DNA of 13,640 bases from a bacterium (GTDB taxonomy: Bacteria; Zhuqueibacterota; Zhuqueibacteria; Oceanimicrobiales; Oceanimicrobiaceae): assembly GCA_046757025.1 (NCBI GenBank), contig JBHHXN010000141.1:1-13640 (forward strand), given 5' to 3'. Below the pieces are notes generated by a model that was not told where the DNA came from, made no database searches, and worked only from the letters and a program-made list of their open reading frames with translations. Position numbers and translations under genes: made by a program. Positions 1 through 7,655 of this stretch are shown here, one piece after another (position 1 is the stretch's first letter; every line of letters begins with the position of its first letter).

Positions 1-605
1 TGCCCCGCTTGCCTACTTTGAGCCGCCACCTCTGCTTCTCGCGGAGAACCAGCGGAGTCCCTTTTAGCTTTGCTTTGAATTCCAAATTCGTACCCCCGGT
101 CAAAGGCCCTTTTATTCAATTCCAGATAGCGCGCCGGCACGCTACCCGGAATGGCTTTTTTGAACGACGCCGCGGAAATCGTGCCCGCTACTGCCGAAAA
201 GAAACCGAGCATCACTAAATTCGCCAAGATTTTATTGCCTAACTCCTCGGCAAAACGCGTGGCTGGAATGGTGAATTTCTTTATGGCGTCGTTGACGGAT
301 GCGGTCTTCACCAGGTCTTCATCCACTAAAAGCACCCCCCCATTTTCCAGTTCTGGCAAGAACTTGTCGCAGGCATCCTGGGACATCGACACCAAAATGG
401 TTGGTTTTGTAATGTACGGATAAAGTACCGGTTCATCCGAGACCACTAGCTGTGCGCTGCAAGCGCTGCCCCGGGCTTCCGGGCCGAAGCTCTGGGTCAT
501 GGTGGCGTGCTTGTTGTCAAATAGGGCGGCGGCTTTACCAGCCAAGATACCGGACAGGATGACACCTTGTCCGCCGAATCCCGAAAATCTAATTTCCGTT
601 CTCAT
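1..605 (-). CDS. korC: 2-oxoacid:ferredoxin oxidoreductase gamma subunit (3' end runs off window)
   Basis: Manual translation from ATG at 605, overlapping the beta-subunit stop: MRTEIRFSGFGGQGVILSG...TQSFGPEARGSACSA...ANLVMLG...LNKRAFDRGY. It has the GxGGQG and GPEARG gamma motifs. No stop before position 1, which explains its absence from the ORF track. Confidence 0.92.
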   Translation of the reverse strand, partial: MRTEIRFSGFGGQGVILSGILAGKAAALFDNKHATMTQSFGPEARGSACSAQLVVSDEPVLYPYITKPTILVSMSQDACDKFLPELENGGVLLVDEDLVKTASVNDAIKKFTIPATRFAEELGNKILANLVMLGFFSAVAGTISAASFKKAIPGSVPARYLELNKRAFDRGYEFGIQSKAKRDSAGSPREAEVAAQSRQAG

Positions 606-1476
606 CAGCAACCTTCCCATAAGATTCATATTTTTCCCCAAAGACTTTACGAAACCGCTGATTCAGCGCGTCCATAAAAGTCGGACGCTCAGTGTCCACA
701 AATTTGCCAATAACGATCTTATCGCGATAGGCGATGTCCAACTCCCGCGTGTCTATGCCATGTTTGATCACACTGCTGTCGTGATAATATTTCAACTCAT
801 CCAATCCATCGCCCAGTCGATTTCGGCGCGAATAGAGAGTCGGACAGGGCGCGACAATCTCCACGAAGGAGAAGCCTTTTTTCTGCAAGGCTTCAGTCAT
901 CGATTTTGTGAGCCGCCGGATATGCAGCGCCGTCCAGCGCGCGACATAGACGGCGCCGCTGCTTTCAGCCAGAAAAGGCAAGTTAAAAGGGTGTTCAAAG
1001 CAACCGTAAGGGGACGTCGTGGTAGTGGCCGGTTCCGGGGTCGTAGGGGCCAACTGGCCGCCGGTCATCGCGTAGTTGAAATTGTTGATGCACAGCACGG
1101 TGAGGTCCACATTCCTGCGAGCCGCGTGAATAAAGTGGTTGCCGCCAATGGCGATGAGGTCGCCGTCCCCGCTGAAGACCACGACCTTCAACTCCGGATT
1201 CGCCAGTTTGAGACCGGTTGCGAAAGGAATAGCGCGGCCGTGGGTGGTATGGAACGAATCCAATTTAACGTAACCGGCGATGCGCCCGGAACAGCCGATT
1301 CCGGAAACCACCGCAATCTTGTCCAGAGGAATTCCTGCTTTCTCCAACGCCATCGCGAAGGCGGTTACGGCGGTGCCGATGCCGCAGCCGGGACACCAAA
1401 TGTGAGGCATCCGGTCCATACGCAGAAGACTCTCCATGGGATGGGTCGGTTGACCGGCGTGAATCGCTGAGTTCAT
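589..1476 (-). CDS. korB: 2-oxoacid:ferredoxin oxidoreductase beta subunit (TPP-binding)
   Basis: Motifs WCPGCG, SGIGCS, HGRA, GDGD...GGNH, NNFNYAMTGGQ and CPT. Start reassigned to ATG 1476, which has a GGAGG RBS and an ATGA overlap with the alpha stop. Substrate (2-oxoglutarate vs other 2-oxoacids) cannot be resolved. Confidence 0.93.
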   Translation of the reverse strand: MNSAIHAGQPTHPMESLLRMDRMPHIWCPGCGIGTAVTAFAMALEKAGIPLDKIAVVSGIGCSGRIAGYVKLDSFHTTHGRAIPFATGLKLANPELKVVVFSGDGDLIAIGGNHFIHAARRNVDLTVLCINNFNYAMTGGQLAPTTPEPATTTTSPYGCFEHPFNLPFLAESSGAVYVARWTALHIRRLTKSMTEALQKKGFSFVEIVAPCPTLYSRRNRLGDGLDELKYYHDSSVIKHGIDTRELDIAYRDKIVIGKFVDTERPTFMDALNQRFRKVFGEKYESYGKVADENGN

Positions 1477-2636
1477 TTTGTCGCCTCCTGAATGATTTTG
1501 AAAATTTCTTTGGGATCGTGCACCCAGCCGCCGGCGTGGGGCGCGAGGAAGACTTTGGCGTTGCCGGCCACGCACCGCTCTAACTCATAGACCATCTGTC
1601 CGAGATTAAGCTCGACCATGACAAACGCTTTTACTTTTTTGGCAAGCTGTTTAATACGTTTTTCGGGAAATGGCCAGGCGGTCAGAAGCCGGAATGACCC
1701 GACCCGCAAGCCCTTTCTTTTGGCCATTTCAATCGCTGGCAGGGACACTCTCGAACTTATGCCGTACGAGACGACCACGATGTCCGCATTTTCGACCCCA
1801 TCTTCTTCATATTGGATAATATCCTTGGCGTTTTTGTTGATTTTGTTTACAAGCCGGCAAACGCTCTTCTTCTGCACCTCGGCATTCATGGCCGGGTAGC
1901 CTCTCTCATCGTGCGTCAGACCCGTTACGTGAAATCGGTAGCCATCGCCGGCATTCACCATGAGCGGTATCATTCCGTTATCGCCGTTGACAGCGTAGGG
2001 TAAGTATTGGTCTTTAGGGCCGGCATACAATCGCCGGTTAGAGACATCGATTTTATCCGCTGGCGGAATCACGACCTTTTCGGTCATGTGGCCCACGCAT
2101 TCATCCATCATCACCAGAACCGGCACCCGATAGGTTTCCGACAGATTAAACGCCCGGACAGTCAAATCAAAGCATTCTTGCGGAGAGTTGGGGACTAGGG
2201 CGATGATTTCGTAATCTCCGTGTGAGCCCCAGCGCGCCTGCATCATGTCTTGCTGACCCGGCAGCGTCGGCAAACCCGTGGATGGCCCGCCCCTCTGGAC
2301 ATTCACGATGACGCAAGGCGTTTCAGTCATCACACCCAGCCCGATGTTCTCCATCATTAAAGAAAAGCCCGGCCCGGAAGTGACGGTCATGGATTTTTTC
2401 CCACCCCAGGAGGCGCCCAGAATGGCCGCTATAGAAGCCAGCTCATCTTCCATTTGGATAAAAATGCCGCCAACCAACGGAAAGCGCGCGGCAATTTTCT
2501 CCGCGACCTCTGTGGAGGGTGTGATCGGATACCCCGCAAAAAATCGGCAGCCGGCCGCCAACGCGCCCTCAGCGCAGGCATGATCGCCGTCTAAATAATG
2601 AGCTCCGGTCAAAACACCTTTGGGGTCAGGTTTCAA
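1473..2636 (-). CDS. korA: 2-oxoacid:ferredoxin oxidoreductase alpha subunit
   Basis: Motifs AGYPITPSTE, QMEDE, TSGPGFSLM, QRGGPSTGLPT and VELNLGQ. Likely start is TTG 2636 (GGAG just upstream, overlapping the end of delta). The ORF-track start is 2660. Confidence 0.93.
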   Translation of the reverse strand: MKPDPKGVLTGAHYLDGDHACAEGALAAGCRFFAGYPITPSTEVAEKIAARFPLVGGIFIQMEDELASIAAILGASWGGKKSMTVTSGPGFSLMMENIGLGVMTETPCVIVNVQRGGPSTGLPTLPGQQDMMQARWGSHGDYEIIALVPNSPQECFDLTVRAFNLSETYRVPVLVMMDECVGHMTEKVVIPPADKIDVSNRRLYAGPKDQYLPYAVNGDNGMIPLMVNAGDGYRFHVTGLTHDERGYPAMNAEVQKKSVCRLVNKINKNAKDIIQYEEDGVENADIVVVSYGISSRVSLPAIEMAKRKGLRVGSFRLLTAWPFPEKRIKQLAKKVKAFVMVELNLGQMVYELERCVAGNAKVFLAPHAGGWVHDPKEIFKIIQEATK

Positions 2637-2943
2637 GGATCTCCACCCCCTTTCCTGCATCCACCGTCATCTCGGGTATTGGCTGCTGGTCTTTTAATGT
2701 GACAAAAATCGAAAATTCAGGACAAATGATTTCACACAGTTGGCATTGGACACACTCGTTTGCTTTGACAACAACGGGGGGATGGTATCCCTTGGTATTG
2801 AAACCATCGGAGAGTTGCAAAACCTCTATGGGGCAGTATTCCACGCAAAATCCACATCCTTTGCACTGGTCTTCAAGGATGTGAATCACGCCTCGGGGAA
2901 CTTCAATTTTATCGGCATCCAAAGGTTTACGCCAGTGTTTCAC
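2626..2943 (-). CDS. korD: 2x[4Fe-4S] ferredoxin-like delta subunit of the 2-oxoacid oxidoreductase
   Basis: Two CxxCxxCxxxCP motifs (CKGCGFCVEYCP, CVQCQLCEIICP). GTG start with AAGGAG RBS. First gene in delta-alpha-beta-gamma order. Confidence 0.9.
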   Translation of the reverse strand: MKHWRKPLDADKIEVPRGVIHILEDQCKGCGFCVEYCPIEVLQLSDGFNTKGYHPPVVVKANECVQCQLCEIICPEFSIFVTLKDQQPIPEMTVDAGKGVEILET

Positions 2944-2982
2944 GGAGTTTTCTCCTTCAAATAGATTTCAGTTTCAAAAGTT

Positions 2983-3010
2983 CCAATTACTAAATTCCAA
3001 TCACCAATCG
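2983..3010. repeat. Degenerate heptamer tandem repeat
   Basis: CCAATTA CTAAATT CCAATCA CCAATCG: four 7-nt units in the GNAT-korD spacer. Confidence 0.4.
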
Positions 3011-3055
3011 TCAGTTGTTTTTTGAGATTTATGTCAGTTTGTGAGGTTTGTTTTT

Positions 3056-3652
3056 CTATCCATTATGAATTCGAATATCAAAGTCACCTATGTGATCCTC
3101 CATCAAATACCAGTAATCTTCTATGTCAAGGGTCATAATAATGAGGTTTTCTCGTTTACCGTGTGTATCGGTAACGTGCTTTCTGAGCGTGGCTTCTTTT
3201 CGGAACCCGAACCTTTCGAAGGCAGTGATCGCGGATTCTTGAGCTTCAACCATTTCAGCCTGAAGTTTGTGAATTTTGGCTTTCAAAGCATAAAAAAATA
3301 GTTCACGAACAAGAATTGTTCCCAGACCATTTCTTCGGTAGTTTGGAACGATCAGCACCCTGACCTCACCCAAATGGCGTTTCCAACCCATCTCTGCTTT
3401 AAATATCGTTGCAATCCCGATTATTTTGTTTTCATCAAACGCAAGAATGGGATAAACATGGACGTAATCTAAGTTGCCAAATCGACGTTCAACCTTTTTT
3501 CTGTCGGTCACATCAATGCGGAGAAATTGTCTATTCTCCTCAGGTATGGAGCGATAAAACTCCAGTAGCGCATCCAGGTCTTCCTTGACCATTAATCTTA
3601 ATGTTAATTCACTATTATCCTTCAAAGTTACTATCTTGGGATATTCTGCCAT
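3056..3652 (-). CDS. GNAT family N-acetyltransferase
   Basis: Acetyl-CoA motif A (VPNYRRNGLGT) and motif B (AITAFERFGF). N-terminus VTLKDNSELTLRLMVKED resembles the GNAT domain of Pat-type protein acetyltransferases. GAGG RBS. Confidence 0.88.
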   Translation of the reverse strand: MAEYPKIVTLKDNSELTLRLMVKEDLDALLEFYRSIPEENRQFLRIDVTDRKKVERRFGNLDYVHVYPILAFDENKIIGIATIFKAEMGWKRHLGEVRVLIVPNYRRNGLGTILVRELFFYALKAKIHKLQAEMVEAQESAITAFERFGFRKEATLRKHVTDTHGKRENLIIMTLDIEDYWYLMEDHIGDFDIRIHNG

Positions 3653-3845
3653 GATTTTGCCTCATTTTCCGTTCTTTTTGCCAAAATAAAACGGGTGTAT
3701 ATTAAGACTGCTAGTCCCTTCAGTGAATAGCTCACTTTTATTTAAATTTGCTGCGATTTCGGGGGGATCCAGAGAACCAAAGCGAAACGTTATGCGCCCT
3801 CGGCACATGGTTGCCTCATTTAAAAAAATAGTCCCCTGCGGTACC

Positions 3846-3861
3846 TTCAAAAATCGTGCCC
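3846..3861 (-). promoter_or_regulatory. Putative sigma54 -24/-12 promoter for the GNAT-kor arm
   Basis: Minus strand GGGCACGATTTTTGAA vs consensus TGGCACG-N4-TTGCW. Spacing is correct, but -12 is GA instead of GC. Confidence 0.45.
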
Positions 3862-3897
3862 AAACCCTGCACTTATTGGTTCTATCTTTGTACAATT

Positions 3898-3910
3898 TAA
3901 GCTATTGATT
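3898..3910 (-). promoter_or_regulatory. Putative IHF binding site
   Basis: Minus strand AATCAATAGCTTA matches WATCAANNNNTTR, about 40 bp upstream of the minus-strand sigma54-like element. Confidence 0.45.
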
Positions 3911-3972
3911 TTATTTAACATCCAGACAAAGTATCTGCATAGACAGGTCTCGAATTTTTGTCATTCTTAATA

Positions 3973-4018
3973 GAAACTCTGTTGATTTTCCTATTTTTAG
4001 GAAAATCAACAGAGTTTC
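3973..4018. repeat. Perfect 21-bp inverted repeat with 4-nt loop
   Basis: GAAACTCTGTTGATTTTCCTA-TTTT-TAGGAAAATCAACAGAGTTTC. Confidence 0.9.
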
Positions 4019-4080
4019 GAAAGTCACGGAAGTTTCAAAAACTTATGGGGAAATTCTAAAGAGGTAGTTAACAAAAGCTG

Positions 4081-4161
4081 CTAACTCGGCGAAATCAGAG
4101 CGACAATCGACGATATTTCCTCGCTCAACGGATAACATACTCCGTAGGGGTCGTGTTTCAT
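4081..4161 (-). CDS. Candidate 26-aa small ORF or gene remnant
   Basis: AAGGAG-ATAAG-ATG; translation MKHDPYGVCYPLSEEISSIVALISPS*. No recognisable homology. Confidence 0.3.
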   Translation of the reverse strand: MKHDPYGVCYPLSEEISSIVALISPS

Positions 4162-4393
4162 CTTATCTCCTTACAATAAAACTGGACTGAGCGGTAACTG
4201 CCTGTCCCGGGAGCGGTAAATGGTAAACGATAATCGAAAGTCGCGCGAGCCAACTTCGCTCACTTATTCCCAACTGTCATGAGTCACTACACTTTCCAGA
4301 GTTGGTTTTCTGACAACTCTTTGCGGTTACCACCTTAACTGCCTTATACTGCAAGAGATAACACCAACCCTTTAATACCTTTTTTTACAGTCC

Positions 4394-4430
4394 TGTAATG
4401 AAACACTACAATTTGTCCTGATTCATTACA
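4394..4430 (+). promoter_or_regulatory. Tandem upstream activating sequences for a sigma54 enhancer-binding protein
   Basis: Two TGT-N11-ACA sites 20 bp apart: TGTAATGAAACACTACA (4394-4410) and TGTCCTGATTCATTACA (4414-4430). The outer arms TGTAATGAA/TTCATTACA form a perfect inverted repeat. Confidence 0.6.
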
Positions 4431-4477
4431 AGAACGCCTTTTCTAAATTCCTCATTTTGCATCATTTATTAATAAGC

Positions 4478-4490
4478 TAAGTAATTGATA
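4478..4490 (-). promoter_or_regulatory. Putative IHF binding site
   Basis: Minus strand TATCAATTACTTA matches WATCAANNNNTTR and lies between the UAS and the -24/-12 element. Confidence 0.6.
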
Positions 4491-4520
4491 TTGCTAAAAT
4501 AAGTCACAGGACCGATTTGC

Positions 4521-4535
4521 TGGCATTCTCTTTGC
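4521..4535 (+). promoter_or_regulatory. sigma54 -24/-12 promoter
   Basis: TGGCATTCTCTTTGC has exact GG-N10-GC spacing, about 70 bp upstream of ATG 4604. Confidence 0.7.
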
Positions 4536-4603
4536 CTGAACTAAAGGTCAAATGTCATATCCGATGGATTTCAATTTTCGTCATTTTAAAATGTAGGCCT
4601 TCC

Positions 4604-4981
4604 ATGAAATCAATACTACTTGTCAGTGCTGATTTTAAAGCGAGTGTCCAGTTGGTGAAAAAGGTGCGGAGATACGGTTTGGATGGGTATTGGGTCAATA
4701 CTGGCCGAGAGTGTCTCGAAATTCTAGAAAGTAGTGAGCTTTATGCCGTGCTAATTGATAACTCTATTATCGACATAAATGGGGTCATTTTACTGGAATT
4801 AGTGATTAAGTTAAAGCCGAAAATAAATTTGATATTTGTCAACAGCAAGCAAAAACCGAAGATCGAATCTCAGGCTCGTCAGGCTGGGATTATTTATTAC
4901 ACGACGGACATGCGAGATCAAGAGATTACTCGCGTCATCTCGGAATTAGCGACAAAGCATCCACAACAATATAAAATGTAA
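4604..4981 (+). CDS. Stand-alone atypical receiver (CheY-like) domain protein
   Basis: Receiver-fold pattern MKSILLVSAD...TGRECLEIL...AVLID...NGVILL...LIFVN...ARQAGIIYY. Start reassigned to ATG 4604 because the track start at 4517 lies at the promoter. Confidence 0.75.
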   Translation: MKSILLVSADFKASVQLVKKVRRYGLDGYWVNTGRECLEILESSELYAVLIDNSIIDINGVILLELVIKLKPKINLIFVNSKQKPKIESQARQAGIIYYTTDMRDQEITRVISELATKHPQQYKM

Positions 4982-5038
4982 TAAGAAAGTGCCGCAGACA
5001 CAGGTGTTTATTTCTCATAAAACGGAGCGGGTCGAATC

Positions 5039-7498
5039 GTGAAAATCAGAAAAATCTTCTATAGATATTGTACTGCAATCCTATTAATTGGCGTGGTATT
5101 TTGGTCGTGCAAAGACCAATTTATAGTATCTTCACCTACGCTCACAGTGACACTCACTGCCACCCCTGTATTCGGAGAAGCTCCCCTCAGCGGAGTAGAT
5201 CTTACCGCTCAGATTAGCGGGGGCGGCAAAGGTGCCGTCACCTACCGATTTGATTGCACGAGCGATGGAATTTTTGATGTGGAGACAACCACCGATGACG
5301 AGACGTTTACTGCTGTCGACGTGTGTAGCTATGAGAATCCCGGGACGTACACAGCAAGAGTCGTAGTGGAACGTGGCGATATGTCTTCAAATGCAACCAT
5401 TACCCTTAATGTTGCAGCACCATCGCCCTCTCAGACTGCAGAAGATAGCATCGTCGTTTCCATGGAAGACAACTTTTTTTCTCCGAAAGAAGTGACTGTG
5501 AAACCCGGTACGAAGATCATCTGGCTCAACGTTGGTCAAAGACCGCATACATCGACAAGCGACGATGATCTATGGGATTCAGGAACCATCAATAAAGGCG
5601 AGACCTACAGTTGGATAGTTCCTGAGGAGACTCAATCGGGAGCCAGTTACCCGTATTATTGTGTGTTTCATGGGGCTAAGGGTGGAATAGGAATGGCAGG
5701 TTTGATTAATATAGACGACGGAACCGGGACACCGCTATCTGACACAGTGAATGTTTCCATGAAGGATAACTTTTTCTCACCGAAAGATGTAACCGTTGAA
5801 CCCGGAACAACGATTCTTTGGAAAAACTTTGGACTCATTGCGCATACCTCCACAAGCGATGACAATATTTGGGATTCCGGTACAGTTGGACAAGGGGAGT
5901 CCTACGCCTGGAAGGTTCCGGCAGACACACAAATGGGCGTTGATTTTCCTTATTATTGTATCTTTCACGGAGATCCAGGCGGTGTAGGAATGGCGGGTAC
6001 TATCCATGTCAGTCCAGGAGGGCCAACGCTCTCTGTAGCATTGACCGCCGAACCGGCTGCTGGAGAAGCGCCGTTGCAGGGCGTCGACCTGACGGCTCAG
6101 GTCAGCGGCACGGCCACCGGTTCAATTACCTACCGTTTTGACTGCACGGGCGACGGCGCCTTTGAGCATGAGTTTACCGGCAGCTCCGATATTTATACCG
6201 CTGTTGATGTGTGTGGTTACGACAGCGCCGGTAGCTATACGGCGAAAGTCGTGGCGGAACGGGAAGGTTTAACGGCGGAAGCCACAACGACGCTGACTGT
6301 TGATGAGCCACCGCCTCCACCGACCGGCGGAGAGATGACGGTTTCGATGAAGGATAACTTTTTTTCACCGCGAGAAGTGACGGTGAAACCGGGCACGAAG
6401 ATTGTCTGGCCCAATGTGGGGGCCAGACCTCATACATCGACGAGCGACGACGGCGTCTGGGACTCCGGCACGATTAATACCGGTCAGTCCTTTAGCTGGA
6501 CCGTGCCTCAGACCGCACAATCTGGCAACGATTTTCCTTACTACTGTGTTTTCCATGGCGCCCAGGGCGGTATTGGCATGGCCGGATTGATTCATGTTGA
6601 TGAAGCGCCGCCAACAGGGCCAACGCTGTCCGTTGCTTTGACCGCCGAACCGGCTGCTGGAGAAGCGCCGTTGCAGGGCGTCGACCTGACGGCTCAGGTC
6701 AGCGGCACGGCCACCGGTTCAATTACCTACCGTTTTGACTGCACGGGCGACGGCGCCTTTGAGCATGAGTTTACCGGCAGCTCCGATATTTATACCGCTG
6801 TTGATGTGTGTGGTTACGACAGCGCCGGTAGCTATACGGCGAAAGTCGTGGCGGAACGGCAAGGATTAACGGCGGAAGCGACGGCGACGATCACGGTAGA
6901 TGAGCCGCCCCCGCCGCCGACGGGCAATGAAGTAACGGTTCAGATGAAGGACAACTTTTTTTCGCCCCGGGATGTTGTCGTTCAACCCGGGGTCAAAATA
7001 ACGTGGGAAGCTGTCGGCCGGAAAGACCACACCTCGACCAGCGATACCGGCATCTGGGATTCGGGTAGGTTGGCCCCGGGTGGTTCGTATAGTTGGACGG
7101 TTCCTGCAAATACTCAAGAGGGTACTAACTTCCCTTACTACTGTGTCTTCCATGGAGACAGAGGCGGTAAAGGGATGGCCGGCACCATTCATGTAAGTAA
7201 TGATAGTACGCCACCCCCGGTAGTCAGCGATACGGTTATAGTAACGGTTTCAGGGTCTTCCTTCAGCCCGGAAAAGGTAGAGATAGAGCCGGGGACCACC
7301 GTGCTCTGGAAATTTTCTGGCGCCACCCACAATGTGACCTTCGAAGACGACGAGGAGACGCCACCCGGAGGTAATATTCCGGATTCGCCGCCAGGTTCTG
7401 AAGTGGCGCGGATATTCCCGGCTGAAGGCGACTACGATTATGAATGCACTTTGCACAAAGGTCAGGAAGGAAGAATTCGAGTGCGAAATGAAAACTAA
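5039..7498 (+). CDS. Lipoprotein with five cupredoxin (type-1 Cu) domains and three PKD-like domains
   Basis: Lipobox-like VVFWS-C24. Four domains with HTSTS...YYC(V/I)FH-x7-M and a fifth with HNVTF...CTLHKGQ. Three PKD-like repeats (GEAPL.GVDLTAQ...YRFDC..DG...VC.Y...G.YTA.VV). Pro-rich linkers. Confidence 0.88.
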   Translation: MKIRKIFYRYCTAILLIGVVFWSCKDQFIVSSPTLTVTLTATPVFGEAPLSGVDLTAQISGGGKGAVTYRFDCTSDGIFDVETTTDDETFTAVDVCSYENPGTYTARVVVERGDMSSNATITLNVAAPSPSQTAEDSIVVSMEDNFFSPKEVTVKPGTKIIWLNVGQRPHTSTSDDDLWDSGTINKGETYSWIVPEETQSGASYPYYCVFHGAKGGIGMAGLINIDDGTGTPLSDTVNVSMKDNFFSPKDVTVEPGTTILWKNFGLIAHTSTSDDNIWDSGTVGQGESYAWKVPADTQMGVDFPYYCIFHGDPGGVGMAGTIHVSPGGPTLSVALTAEPAAGEAPLQGVDLTAQVSGTATGSITYRFDCTGDGAFEHEFTGSSDIYTAVDVCGYDSAGSYTAKVVAEREGLTAEATTTLTVDEPPPPPTGGEMTVSMKDNFFSPREVTVKPGTKIVWPNVGARPHTSTSDDGVWDSGTINTGQSFSWTVPQTAQSGNDFPYYCVFHGAQGGIGMAGLIHVDEAPPTGPTLSVALTAEPAAGEAPLQGVDLTAQVSGTATGSITYRFDCTGDGAFEHEFTGSSDIYTAVDVCGYDSAGSYTAKVVAERQGLTAEATATITVDEPPPPPTGNEVTVQMKDNFFSPRDVVVQPGVKITWEAVGRKDHTSTSDTGIWDSGRLAPGGSYSWTVPANTQEGTNFPYYCVFHGDRGGKGMAGTIHVSNDSTPPPVVSDTVIVTVSGSSFSPEKVEIEPGTTVLWKFSGATHNVTFEDDEETPPGGNIPDSPPGSEVARIFPAEGDYDYECTLHKGQEGRIRVRNEN
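6041..6859 (+). repeat. Intragenic direct repeat: identical 222-bp copies at 6041-6262 and 6638-6859
   Basis: Base-by-base comparison; offset 597 bp; encodes the cores of PKD-like domains 2 and 3. Confidence 0.9.
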
Positions 7499-7655
7499 GA
7501 AATATTTATGGGTCTTGCTGCCGCTGGGATCGGTCAAGTGACTCGGCACCATTCCCCCAAAAAAAACAGGGAAGGGGAGATCATTGTTATCAGGCAACCA
7601 TCATGATCAATTGTAAATTAATTAATTATTAACTAAACAAAAGAGGAGGCGTACC

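Noticed and set aside
499..1470. 323-aa plus-strand ORF and other short plus-strand ORFs over 9-2964
   Set aside because: Antisense shadows of the well-supported kor genes, with no motifs.
4222..4250. GGTAAAC...GAAA resembling a c-di-GMP-I riboswitch
   Set aside because: The stem around GAAA pairs poorly, and the downstream GACGCAAA and P2 elements are absent.
4517..4603. N-terminal extension of the receiver ORF from TTG 4517
   Set aside because: It overlaps the sigma54 promoter, and the receiver fold begins at Met 4604.
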